A stretch of 64,000 nt of DNA. It comes from Candidatus Eiseniibacteriota bacterium. Lineage in GTDB: Bacteria; Eisenbacteria; RBG-16-71-46; JABDJR01. Under the pieces are notes generated by a model that worked only from the letters and a program-made list of their open reading frames with translations, was not told the DNA's origin and did no database searches. The stretch spans positions 1,440,001 through 1,504,000 of the forward strand of contig CAVXKA010000001.1 of the NCBI GenBank assembly GCA_963762255.1, given 5' to 3'. Of this stretch, positions 38,525 to 48,207 are shown piece by piece (within the stretch, counting starts at the first letter, position 1; each line of letters opens with the position of its first letter). The position numbers and the translations under genes are program-made.

Positions 38525-39850
38525 GTGGAGCGCGTGGGTTTTCTCAAGACGCTGTTCGGCCGCGGTGCCGACAAGGATGAAGACAAGGGCGACGAGCTGC
38601 GGCTGGATTTCGAGTATCGCGAAGCCGCGTACTACTACCAGCAGGCGCTGGACAAGCTCGGCTCCGGCGATGAGGACGCGACGGATCGCGTCCGCCGCAA
38701 GCTGCGCGAAGTGCGCCGCCAGGCCCTCGACCAGCTCCTCGAGGAATTCGACGAGCTCATGACGAACGACGCGCTCACGCTCGCCCACGAGAAGCTCGAG
38801 ATGGCGGGCAATTTCGCCGAGGATGACGGCGGGCAGCTCGAAGTGGAGCGTCGCCGGGATCGCTTGAACGAGCTGCAGGAGCATGTCGAGGAGCAACCCG
38901 AGACGCCGGAATCGGTGGATGGCACCGAGGGCGACCTCCTCGAACTGGCGCTCTCCGCGATGGACGCCGAAGACCGCGAGCGCGCGGCGGCGCTGGGTGA
39001 CGGCTTCCGGCTGGGTTTCGAGGCCTGCCAGCGCGAGGACTGGCAGGAGGGACTGGATCGTTTCGAGAAGGTCCTGGGCGATCATCCGGACGACGTGATG
39101 GTGCTCGAACTTGCCGGCATCGCCGCCGAGCATGTAGAGGACAACGAGAAGGCCCTCGCGTACTTTCAGAAGGCGCAGAGCGCGGCACCCAACCGCGCCG
39201 TGACCGTGAGCGGACTCGCCGCGATCTACCGGCGGCTCGACCGCAAGGACGAGGCGCGCAAGCTGCTTGCCGAGGCGGCCGCGGCGCACCCGGTCGGCGA
39301 GGGTTTCGCGCCGGCGTGGGCGGACATCCATCTCGAGCACGCCCTGATGCTCGGCGAAGCGGGGAAGCACGCGGAGGCGGTGAAGATCCTGGTCGAACTC
39401 CTCGACGTCCGCGGCGTGGACCGGGGCTTCCTCCTCTACAACCTCGCCGGCGTTCTCGAGACGATGGGTCGCGATCGCGATGCGATGGCCGCTCTGGAGG
39501 AGGCCATCCAACTCTCGCCGCGCCAGCCGCTCTATCGCGAACGCCTCTCGGATTTTCTCGCCCAGCGCGGGCAGGATCTGGAGCACGCGTTGCGACTCAT
39601 CGAGGAAGCCAACCAGGTGGAGACGACCGGTGCCGCGGGAATGCTCGGCGGCGGCGGATCGCGGGTTTCCATCAGCCCCAACCGCGCGCGCTATCTCTAC
39701 AAGCTCGCGCGCATCTACTTCTTGAAGGGGGACGACCTCGAGGCCGACCGGACCGCCACCGCGGCCCAGCATCTTGCCCGCGATCCGGAGGTCGTGCGCG
39801 CGCTCGAGGAGCTTCGCAAGGATCTCAAGGAGGTCCGCCAGAACCGCTGA
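38525..39850 (+). CDS. TPR-repeat protein
   Basis: Multiple TPR-like units (ALAYFQKA…P, LYNLAGVLE, YLYKLARIY); amphipathic GFLKTLFG start (start could be 38534). Confidence 0.8.
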   Translation: MERVGFLKTLFGRGADKDEDKGDELRLDFEYREAAYYYQQALDKLGSGDEDATDRVRRKLREVRRQALDQLLEEFDELMTNDALTLAHEKLEMAGNFAEDDGGQLEVERRRDRLNELQEHVEEQPETPESVDGTEGDLLELALSAMDAEDRERAAALGDGFRLGFEACQREDWQEGLDRFEKVLGDHPDDVMVLELAGIAAEHVEDNEKALAYFQKAQSAAPNRAVTVSGLAAIYRRLDRKDEARKLLAEAAAAHPVGEGFAPAWADIHLEHALMLGEAGKHAEAVKILVELLDVRGVDRGFLLYNLAGVLETMGRDRDAMAALEEAIQLSPRQPLYRERLSDFLAQRGQDLEHALRLIEEANQVETTGAAGMLGGGGSRVSISPNRARYLYKLARIYFLKGDDLEADRTATAAQHLARDPEVVRALEELRKDLKEVRQNR

Positions 39851-40028
39851 GCGGGCGGTCCTCCTCGATCGCCAACACTGTTAATGGTGTAATCCAAATC
39901 ATTGTAAAGGGTTAGGAGCTGTCCGTCCCGCCCCTCGAAAGGTGCGGCCACCCTATTCCCGCGCCGCCCGCCTCCGCCACGGTAAACACCGCCGCGTTTA
40001 GTCCGATGATAGAGAGGCGATTACAGGG

Positions 40029-41111
40029 GTGTTCGAGGAGGGCCCGCCCGGCGACCGGGCCGTGCTTCCCAACGACACAGACCATGGATTCTCATTCGAC
40101 GAGGGAGATCGCGTGCGGCTCCTGCTCCTGGCCGATTTGCACCTTGGGGCGAGGCTTCCCGAGAGCGATGGGTGGATCTCCGGGAAGGGATCCGGCCGCA
40201 GTCACGCGTGGACCGACGCCGTCGATGTGGCCCTCGACCCGAGGCAACGCATCGACGCGGTCCTCTGCGCCGGCGATCTCTTCGACCATCCGTCTCCCAA
40301 CGCTGAACTCGTCGGGCACGTCGCCGAGGGCGCCGAGGCGCTGCTCGGAGGCGGCAAGAGCGTGGTCCTCCTCCCCGGCGCGTACGACGGCCTCACCCAG
40401 CCGAACGGCGTCTACTCCACGCGAGCTTTCCCCGCGGGAGTCCTGGTCGTGGACTGGGCAGAACCGAGGCGCGTGGAACTTGCCATCGGCTCCACCCAGC
40501 TTCACCTCTACACTGCCGCCTCACGCCCGGGCCGCAACGGAATCGAACCCGCGCAGTTCGCGCGACAGGGGATGGAAGGGCGCCACGTAGGACTGCTGCA
40601 TGGCGTTCTCGGCGGGCCCGGCCCCGGAGATCCCCCTTGTCTGTGGGGACGCCGCGATCTCCCCGAAAGTTTCTTCGCCGGCGGCGATCTCGATCTCTTC
40701 GTGCTCGGGGGTGGGCACAGTTATCTTGCCGCCCGGCACGGTCGCACGCTGGTCGTGCAGCCAGGCGCTTCGCACGGGCTCGACGCGAACGGACCCGGTC
40801 GCAGAGGATTTCTGGTCGCCGATCTCGAAGTCGAGGGGGTGCAGGTCACGCGTGAGGGACGGCCTACCGCTCGTCCCGAGACTCCTCCCGCACCGCGCGG
40901 CCCCCGCCCGGCCGCCGCCGGCGCCGATCTCGATCCGGATGAAGCCGTTCTGGCCGGACTGCGCGCGGAGAACAGCGTGCTCGGCCACTTCGTACGCCAC
41001 ATGGAGTCGCGGTGCGCCGCGGCGGCCGGGAACGCGCGCGAGATGGAAGCCCGAGCCCTCGGGCTGGGTGTCACCGCATGGCGGCGAGTGGAGGCCACGC
41101 ATGTGGATTGA
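40029..41111 (+). CDS. SbcD/Mre11-like metallophosphoesterase with degenerate motifs
   Basis: ADLHLG, AGDLFD, PGAYD (for PGNHD), LLHG, LGGGH (for LGHxH), QPG. Start uncertain. Confidence 0.7.
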   Translation: MFEEGPPGDRAVLPNDTDHGFSFDEGDRVRLLLLADLHLGARLPESDGWISGKGSGRSHAWTDAVDVALDPRQRIDAVLCAGDLFDHPSPNAELVGHVAEGAEALLGGGKSVVLLPGAYDGLTQPNGVYSTRAFPAGVLVVDWAEPRRVELAIGSTQLHLYTAASRPGRNGIEPAQFARQGMEGRHVGLLHGVLGGPGPGDPPCLWGRRDLPESFFAGGDLDLFVLGGGHSYLAARHGRTLVVQPGASHGLDANGPGRRGFLVADLEVEGVQVTREGRPTARPETPPAPRGPRPAAAGADLDPDEAVLAGLRAENSVLGHFVRHMESRCAAAAGNAREMEARALGLGVTAWRRVEATHVD

Positions 41112-43275
41112 GCGGCTGCGCATGCGTGACCCGAACGGGGTGGAGCGCGCCGTCCACTTCGGCCGCGGGCTTGGCGTGATTCTCGGCGGCAGCGAGTCGG
41201 GGAAGACCCGTCTCGCCTCGGTTCTCTTCGAGACGCTCTTCGGGCCTCGCCTCGGGTGCCGCCCCGAGGGCTGCGCGCCGATTCTCGGCGTCGCCGCCTG
41301 GGCGGAGGTGACGTTCCACGTCGGTCCTCGCCGGTTCGTATTGCGCCGCGGTTTCCTTCGGGGAAGCGTGTTGCTCGTCGAGGAATGCGCGGAGGGCGGA
41401 TCCACCAAGACGGTCTGGTTCAAGGGGACCTCGTCCGACCCCGGGCACGAGGCGGCATGGCGCCGTGCTCTGCACGGGCTCCTCGGCGTGTCGCACGGAG
41501 GTGTGTGGGCCGACTCGGGGTTCGTGCTGCAGGGCGAGCTCGCCTTGCGCGCCGGTTCAACAGGGAACCCCGGGGGTGAGGGAGGCGGACACGCGGAGGC
41601 GCGGGAGGCGCTGGCCGTGCTCGAATCCGAGAATCGCGCTCTCGTCGGGGGCGCGGGGAGCGGCCGGCCGGGCACGCTGGACGAGACTCGCGCCGAGCTG
41701 GAACAGCGGCGAGGCGAGGCCGCGCAATGGGAAGAGCGCGCGGCCCGTCTGTGGAGTCTGGAGGAGGAGCGCGAGCGGCTCGAATCGGAGCGGGCTCAGG
41801 CCGAGCAGGAGTCGGCGGAGCAAGAGGAGATGTTGCAGAACCTCAAGCGTTTCGAGGATCTCACCCAGGATCGCACGCGCCTCGAGGAGACCCTCGGCCA
41901 GCTTCGTGGAGAGCAGAACCGGATTCGAAAGCAGGTGGAGGCGGTGGAGGCGGGCGAGACGCGTCTCGAAGCGGACTTCGCCGATTTCCTCGACGCTCCC
42001 GGCGACTTGGAAGAGTGCGTGCACGGGTGGTCGGAAAGCGCGGCGCGGCTGCGCGACGTGGAAGTGGACCTGGCTCGTATCGAGGACGTGATCGCGTCGC
42101 TGCCGCGAAGCCACGCACGCCGGACCGGGCTTCTCGCCGCGGCGGCGCTCGGGGCCCTGGCGTGGCTGGCCTGTCTGGGTGCGGACGCCATGACCGTCGG
42201 GTTCATTCTCGCCCCCTTCCTGGCCGCCGGCGGGTACGGCGCCGTCTGGTACCTCGATCGCAACACGCAGAAAATGCGGCTGCGGCAGGAGCAGGATCTG
42301 GTCCGCCTGAGCGCGGAGCATGACGAGGTGGCTCGGCGCGAGCGCGAAGCCCGAGCCGGGCTGGGACGCCTGAGTCGCCTCGGCGATCCTTCCGCACTGC
42401 GGGCCGCATACCGTCGTTACACCGAGGCTCGCGGAACGCTCGACCGCGCCCGAACCGCTCGCGACAGCCATCGCCCGTTGCTCGAGGTCGTGGACGCGTA
42501 CGAGCAGGTCTTTGCCGATCTCCAGCTTCTCGACACCCAGACCCGCGATCTTGTGGCGCGGGCCAGGTACCTCTCGGGTCTCGACGCGAACGCGCAGGTG
42601 CTGGCGGTCGAGATGGAGAAGGCGCGGGGCCGAGGCGAGGCGGCGGTCGCGCGGTGCGCCCGGGCTGCCGAGGCTCTCGTCGACGTGCAGGGGGAGATGG
42701 CGCGCCTGGAGTCGGAGGTGCCGGCGCCGGGCTGGCTCGCGGAGGATCTCGTGCGACTCGAGGCGCGAGCGGAGCGTCTCGACCGGCGCGCCGAGGCCAC
42801 CCGGATTGCCGTGGGCGTGCTTCAGGAGTGCATTCGCGAGTTCCAGGACGAGTTTCTCGACCGGCTTGCCGAGCGCGCAAGCGTCCACCTCGCCGCGCTC
42901 ACCGACAATCGCTTCACGGAGGTGCGTTTCGGCAGCGTCGAGCGGATAGAGGCCCGGCAGGCGGTCGGGGAGTGGTGCGAAGACGTTCGGTTGAGCGGGG
43001 TGACTCGAAACGCGCTCCACCTGGCGGTGCGAATCGCCATCGCCGAGGGCGTGAGCGGGGACCGGGCACTCCCCATCGTGCTGGACGAGCCCTGCGCGGC
43101 CTGGGATGACGAGCGACTTGCCGCCGCGCACCGTGCCTTCGCCGCGCTCGCTCGCGCCGGCCGCCAGGTCGTCGTGCTCAGCGCGGACGAACGTCTCGCC
43201 GCGTGGGACGTGACCTGGGAGCGCCTTTCCGCTCCGCCGGAGCGGAACGAGGACGCTCACCGCCGCGCCGCCTGA
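41101..43275 (+). CDS. SbcC/Rad50 (YhaN-like) coiled-coil ATPase with central TM hairpin
   Basis: GLGVILGGSESGKT Walker A, long coiled coils, two hydrophobic helices, LSGVTRNALHLAVRIA signature, PIVLDEP Walker B. Confidence 0.8.
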   Translation: MWIERLRMRDPNGVERAVHFGRGLGVILGGSESGKTRLASVLFETLFGPRLGCRPEGCAPILGVAAWAEVTFHVGPRRFVLRRGFLRGSVLLVEECAEGGSTKTVWFKGTSSDPGHEAAWRRALHGLLGVSHGGVWADSGFVLQGELALRAGSTGNPGGEGGGHAEAREALAVLESENRALVGGAGSGRPGTLDETRAELEQRRGEAAQWEERAARLWSLEEERERLESERAQAEQESAEQEEMLQNLKRFEDLTQDRTRLEETLGQLRGEQNRIRKQVEAVEAGETRLEADFADFLDAPGDLEECVHGWSESAARLRDVEVDLARIEDVIASLPRSHARRTGLLAAAALGALAWLACLGADAMTVGFILAPFLAAGGYGAVWYLDRNTQKMRLRQEQDLVRLSAEHDEVARREREARAGLGRLSRLGDPSALRAAYRRYTEARGTLDRARTARDSHRPLLEVVDAYEQVFADLQLLDTQTRDLVARARYLSGLDANAQVLAVEMEKARGRGEAAVARCARAAEALVDVQGEMARLESEVPAPGWLAEDLVRLEARAERLDRRAEATRIAVGVLQECIREFQDEFLDRLAERASVHLAALTDNRFTEVRFGSVERIEARQAVGEWCEDVRLSGVTRNALHLAVRIAIAEGVSGDRALPIVLDEPCAAWDDERLAAAHRAFAALARAGRQVVVLSADERLAAWDVTWERLSAPPERNEDAHRRAA

Positions 43276-43348
43276 GTTGTTGCGCGGCGGTCGTGCCGGC
43301 CGTCTCGCTCTGGTCGCCACTCTGCCGCCCGGATAGAATCACGAGCCT

Positions 43349-44206
43349 ATGCGTTCAACCATCCGAGCACCGCTCACCCTCCTCGCCGCCCTGTGTTTGA
43401 TCCACCTGCCCGCCCGTGCCGCGGCTCGCACGGAGGAGCTTTACCTTTCCCTCGCGCCGGGCCCGCTTCGCCTCGCGCTGCCGTCGCCCGACGGAAGTCG
43501 GCTGGCCGTGATCGGCGGTCCGGGTGAGGAAGGGCGCGAGCACACCGTGCTCGTGGTGGACGGTTCCTGCCGTGGCGACTCCCTCCGCGTGGTCACGCTC
43601 TCGCGGAGCGCCTCCTATCTCAACCGGCCCGAGGAAATGCCCGTCGATTATCTGCGCCTGCAGTGGTCGCCGGATGGAACGCACCTCTACGCGTTGGGTT
43701 CGGTGTACCGGTTGCGAGAGGATGGAGGCGCCCTCGTCGCGCGCGCGCTACGCACCGTGCCCAAGCCCGTGCTCGATTTCCGCTTCGGCCCGGCCGATCG
43801 CGCGGCCGGTATCGGCGTGAGCGAGGCCCGCCGCCGCGAGGTGCGCAAGGGCGAGCAGGGCTTCATCGTCATCATGGAGTACGCGATCTACGCGCTCGAC
43901 GGCGATCTCGTCATCCCCATCCCGCCCCGCGAGAAGTACGGCGTTGCCTGGTTGCCGAAAGAGTATCCGGATGCGCCGGCTCTGGAGTGGGAGCCGGACG
44001 GCAAGCTCCTCCTCTTCTACCCCTATCACTACATCACCGAGCGGTTCGAAGCGGGGAAGGAACGAGACGAGATCAAGGACCGGCGTCCGACGCCACGGGC
44101 GGAGCCGGGGATGGGGCCGTTCGCCTTCTCCAAGCCCTGCGCGCGAACCTGGACGCTCGTTTCCGACGGGCGGTCGGATCGCGTGATCCTCGATCGGCGG
44201 GATTGA
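43349..44206 (+). CDS. Secreted hypothetical protein with WD40/TolB-like SPDG motifs
   Basis: Signal peptide; PSPDG, WSPDG and WEPDG repeats. Confidence 0.65.
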   Translation: MRSTIRAPLTLLAALCLIHLPARAAARTEELYLSLAPGPLRLALPSPDGSRLAVIGGPGEEGREHTVLVVDGSCRGDSLRVVTLSRSASYLNRPEEMPVDYLRLQWSPDGTHLYALGSVYRLREDGGALVARALRTVPKPVLDFRFGPADRAAGIGVSEARRREVRKGEQGFIVIMEYAIYALDGDLVIPIPPREKYGVAWLPKEYPDAPALEWEPDGKLLLFYPYHYITERFEAGKERDEIKDRRPTPRAEPGMGPFAFSKPCARTWTLVSDGRSDRVILDRRD

Positions 44207-44982
44207 TGCTCGAGACTCGGGGCCTGACCAGGGACTACGGCGCCTTCCGCGCGGTGGATCATCTCGATCTGCATGTGGAACGCGGCGAGCTGTTCGGATT
44301 CCTGGGACCCAACGGCGCAGGCAAGACCACTACGGTGAAGATGATGGTCGGATTGCTGCGCCCCACCGAGGGGACCGTCCTCGTGGACGGCCTCGACGTG
44401 CGCACCGAAACCGGCAAGGTCAAGGCGAAGGTCGGCTACGTGGCCGAGGAGCCTCAGCTCTACGACAAGCTCACGGTGCGCGAGTTCCTCACCTTCTGCG
44501 GCGAGCTGTACGGCGTTCCCGTACCCGAGGCCCGCCGCCGCGGAGATGACTGGCTCGACTTCATGGCCCTGGCGGATCAGGCCGACAAGCTGATCGAGAC
44601 CCTCTCCCACGGTCTTCGCCAGCGGGTGGCCTTGGGGGCCGCCCTCATCCATCGCCCCCCGGTGCTCTTCCTGGACGAGCCCACGGTCGGTCTCGACCCG
44701 CGCAGCGCCCGTCAGGTGAAGGACTACCTGCGCGCGCTCTGCAAGGAAGGCACCACCGTCTTTCTCACCACGCACATCCTGGAGATCGCCGAGAAGATCT
44801 GCGACCGGGTGGGCATCCTGGATCGGGGCCGTCTCCGCGCGCTCGGTTCGCTCGAGACCCTTCGAGGCGAGGCGCGCGACCGAAGCCTCGAGGACATCTT
44901 TCTCGAACTCACCGCGGGGACGCGCGAACCGGAAGACGCGCAGTCTCCGGTCGACCCTCGGCCGCCCGCCCCGTCGTCATGA
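44206..44982 (+). CDS. ABC transporter ATP-binding protein (exporter type)
   Basis: GPNGAGKTT, LSHGLRQR, FLDEPTVGLDP, TTH. Confidence 0.92.
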   Translation: MLETRGLTRDYGAFRAVDHLDLHVERGELFGFLGPNGAGKTTTVKMMVGLLRPTEGTVLVDGLDVRTETGKVKAKVGYVAEEPQLYDKLTVREFLTFCGELYGVPVPEARRRGDDWLDFMALADQADKLIETLSHGLRQRVALGAALIHRPPVLFLDEPTVGLDPRSARQVKDYLRALCKEGTTVFLTTHILEIAEKICDRVGILDRGRLRALGSLETLRGEARDRSLEDIFLELTAGTREPEDAQSPVDPRPPAPSS

Positions 44983-46553
44983 TCCCGTTCCATCGGCTGC
45001 TCCGGTACCGCTTCATCGCGCTCTGGAACGGATCCCTCTCGAGTCAGTCGCGCCACCGGACCATGAATTGGGTCATGGTCGTGTTCGTGATCCCCTGGAT
45101 GTTCCTCTTCTTCGGGGGGGTGGGGATCGGCATGGGGCGCGCGGCGCGCGATGCACCAGCCGCCCCGCTCCTGCTCGCGTGGATCGTGACCGGACTCCTC
45201 GCCAGCGAGTTCCTCCTCATGCTGGTGGGGGAAGTCGGAGGATTCGCGAACCTCCTCTTCTTCTCCGGGCGCGGCGAGTGGCTGCGGCGGGCGCCGATAT
45301 CCGGCCGACGTTTTCTCCTGTACCAGGTCATGGAGGGGACGCTGGTCATGGCGGCGGTGCCGACGATGTTCCTCTTCGTCGTCTTTCTATGCGTCCTCGT
45401 GGGATACAAGGCCTCGGTCGCGGTCATTCTCGGGGGGGTGCTTGCCTTTGCGCTGGTGCGGCTCATGCCGCTCGGGCTCTCCCTGGTCACCGTGTGGCTT
45501 CTCGCCCCGCGCACGAGCCGGGAGACCTTCCGATGGCTGGACGCGATTCTCGGCCTCATCTTCGGCTTTCTCATGCTCGCCCTGTGGCGGGTGAACATCG
45601 ATCCCGACGCGATGCTGGGCCTCATCGAAGGGCGCATCGTGCCACCGATTCCGCCGATCCTGATCGCGCTCTTTCCCCCCGCAGCGGTGGGAAGCATCAC
45701 GAGCACGCTCCTGGCCGGCGGCGCCTTGCCTCTGTACACCGTGCTTCTCGCCGTCACCCAGACCGCGCTTCTCGTCGGTTTGCCTCTGGCGCTGGCGGAC
45801 CGATGGCTCGCCGAGGGGCGCTATCCCGAGCCGGGTTCCTCCGCGGTTCGTTCGCGCACTTGGTGGGGTGGTCCCTCCGGCCCCTTCTTTGCGATGCTCC
45901 GCAAAGACACGCTGGTGTTTCTTCGCGAGGGGCGCCTGGGATTGAGGCTTGCCGCGTCGGCCGTGACCACGCTCATGGTCATCTGGTTCGTGTTTGCCCA
46001 TCAGGGGTCCGCGGGGGGGAGTCCCGCCCTGCTGGTGCTCTTCCTCATCTCATCGGAGGCGGGGATGCTGGTGATCCCCAGCGAGGGGAAGGGGATGGTA
46101 TGGGTGGCAGGATCGCCGTTCTCGCCACGTGCCTTCGTGCTGGCCAAGCTCGGAATCGCGCTCTTCTTTACCGCGGTCACGGCCTCCGTCCCGCTCCTCA
46201 TTCTGGGGCTCGGCCACGACTGGCCCGCCCGGGCGTGGGGGGTGGCGTTCCTCGCCGGGCCGCTGGTGGCGCTCATGGGGGCGTCGGTGGGAGTCCTGCT
46301 CGCCGCCCGTTGGGGGCGCCTCGACTGGGACGATCCCCGGCGCATGCTCCAGCCCGCCGCCCATCTCTTTCACGGGGTCTTCATCATCGTCGGGTTTATC
46401 GCGGTGGCCACTGCGGGCGCGTTGGCCAGCGAGGATGCCCTCGCGGTGCGAGGTTGGGCCCTGACCGCGCTCGCGGCGGCGAGCGCTCTCGTCACCTGGG
46501 CGAGCCTCGCTCTTGCCATCCGCGCCGCCGCGCGTAAAGAATGGCTGGTCTAG
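44979..46553 (+). CDS. ABC-2-type exporter permease
   Basis: About 12-14 TM helices, coupled to the ATPase gene; KD…FLRE motif. Confidence 0.75.
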   Translation: MIPFHRLLRYRFIALWNGSLSSQSRHRTMNWVMVVFVIPWMFLFFGGVGIGMGRAARDAPAAPLLLAWIVTGLLASEFLLMLVGEVGGFANLLFFSGRGEWLRRAPISGRRFLLYQVMEGTLVMAAVPTMFLFVVFLCVLVGYKASVAVILGGVLAFALVRLMPLGLSLVTVWLLAPRTSRETFRWLDAILGLIFGFLMLALWRVNIDPDAMLGLIEGRIVPPIPPILIALFPPAAVGSITSTLLAGGALPLYTVLLAVTQTALLVGLPLALADRWLAEGRYPEPGSSAVRSRTWWGGPSGPFFAMLRKDTLVFLREGRLGLRLAASAVTTLMVIWFVFAHQGSAGGSPALLVLFLISSEAGMLVIPSEGKGMVWVAGSPFSPRAFVLAKLGIALFFTAVTASVPLLILGLGHDWPARAWGVAFLAGPLVALMGASVGVLLAARWGRLDWDDPRRMLQPAAHLFHGVFIIVGFIAVATAGALASEDALAVRGWALTALAAASALVTWASLALAIRAAARKEWLV

Positions 46554-46584
46554 ATCGGCGGTTTTGGCTGCGGAGAGCATCACG

Positions 46585-47955
46585 ATGACCTCGATGGAGC
46601 GCCCGCGCGCGGTAGTTGTCGACAAAGATGACGTGCGTGGGCGGGAGATGGCGAGCTTCCTCGAGAACTCCCTGGGTTGCGAAGTGACCTGGGTGCGTGA
46701 CGGGGAGGCGGCGTACAACGTCCTCGACGGAGAGGTCGTGGACGTGCTTGTCACCGACCTCCGCGCCCAGCGCATCGACGGGTTGCGCTTGCTGGAGATC
46801 GCCCGCGCGCGCAACCCCGAGGCGGCGGTGATCCTGATCGCTCCCGACGCCGAGCTTGCGACCGCCACGGAGGCCATGCGTCGCGGCGCCTACGACGTGC
46901 AGACCCGCCCCATCAATCTGGAGCGTCTGGGCGCGGTGGTGGAGCGGGCGCTTTCGCACCAGCGTCTGGTCGTCGCGGTGAGCGACTTGCAGGCGCGTCT
47001 CGACCATCGCTACGGCATCCAGCACCTCACCGGCATGGCGCCGCAAATGGTCCAGATCTACGACCGCATCCGCCAGTTGGCCAATGCCCGCACGACCATC
47101 CTCGTCACCGGCGACACCGGCACCGGCAAGGAATTGGTGGCCAAGGCCATCCACCACTTGAGTCCGCGACGCAACGAGCCGTTCGTGGCGCTGAACTGCA
47201 GCGCTCTGGCCGAGGGGGTGGTGGAGAGCGAACTCTTCGGCCACGAGCGGGGAGCGTTCACCGGCGCGGTCAGCGAGCGCAAGGGGCGGTTCGAAATAGC
47301 CGACGGCGGCACCCTCTTCCTGGACGAGATCTCGGAGGTGAGCGCGGCGGTGCAGGTCAAGCTCCTGCGCGTGATCCAGGAGCGGGAGTTCGAGAGGGTG
47401 GGAAGCGCCCGCTCCATCAGCGTGGACGTGCGCCTCATCTGCGCCACCAACCGAGACCTGGGAGCCATGGTCCGCCAGGGGAGCTTCCGCGAGGATCTCT
47501 ACTACCGTCTGAACGTCGCCTCCATCCATCTGCCGCCCCTGCGTGAGCGCAAGTCGGACATCCCGATTCTTGTCGACGAGTTCATCAAGCAATTCAACGA
47601 AGAGAACAAGCGCCGGGTGAAGGGGATCACTCGCGGAGCGATGGAGTTGCTCATGCAGTACGACTGGCCGGGGAACGTGCGCGAGCTGCGCAACCTGGTC
47701 GAGGGGATGGTCGTGTTCGGCCGGGATGCCATGCCGCTCGACGTGGGGGATCTTCCTACCCACCTCCGCACGCAAGCTCCCACCTCGCGCGATCTGAGGC
47801 TACGAATCGGGATGACCATGCAGGAGATCGAGATCCGTGCGATCGAGGAAACGCTGAAGGCGACCGGCTACGACAAGCAGCGCACGGCGCAGATTCTCGA
47901 GATCGGGCTGCGCACGCTCTATCGAAAGATGAAGCAGTATCAGATCGGGGGTTGA
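46585..47955 (+). CDS. Sigma54-dependent response regulator (NtrC/AtoC family) with atypical receiver domain
   Basis: REC-like N-terminus, GDTGTGKE, ESELFGHERGAFTGA, FLDEI, WPGNVREL, HTH LEIGLRTLYRK. Confidence 0.92.
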   Translation: MTSMERPRAVVVDKDDVRGREMASFLENSLGCEVTWVRDGEAAYNVLDGEVVDVLVTDLRAQRIDGLRLLEIARARNPEAAVILIAPDAELATATEAMRRGAYDVQTRPINLERLGAVVERALSHQRLVVAVSDLQARLDHRYGIQHLTGMAPQMVQIYDRIRQLANARTTILVTGDTGTGKELVAKAIHHLSPRRNEPFVALNCSALAEGVVESELFGHERGAFTGAVSERKGRFEIADGGTLFLDEISEVSAAVQVKLLRVIQEREFERVGSARSISVDVRLICATNRDLGAMVRQGSFREDLYYRLNVASIHLPPLRERKSDIPILVDEFIKQFNEENKRRVKGITRGAMELLMQYDWPGNVRELRNLVEGMVVFGRDAMPLDVGDLPTHLRTQAPTSRDLRLRIGMTMQEIEIRAIEETLKATGYDKQRTAQILEIGLRTLYRKMKQYQIGG

Positions 47956-48075
47956 CCGCCGAGGCCTCGGCGGGCGCCACCACGCTGTCCCGTTCGGTTC
48001 GACATCACCCGAACCGGCTGTCCCTCCCGGTACGATTCTCGCCGTCGGGTCTCGGTACCCCGGTTCGAGTGATGT

Positions 48076-48145
48076 TGTAACTCATTTGTTTACAATTAGT
48101 TACAGTCAATACGATCCCCGGATTTCCCTTGGCATCGGAGTTGCG
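48076..48145 (+). promoter_or_regulatory. IHF-like site plus sigma54 (-24/-12) promoter
   Basis: TGTAACT-N15-AGTTACA at 48076-48104; TTGGCATCGGAGTTGCG at 48129-48145. Confidence 0.8.
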
Positions 48146-48207
48146 ATACATGGCGCCCGTGCTCGGGCGGACCGATGAACACAGGGCCAGGACAGGAGGA
48201 TTCGACG

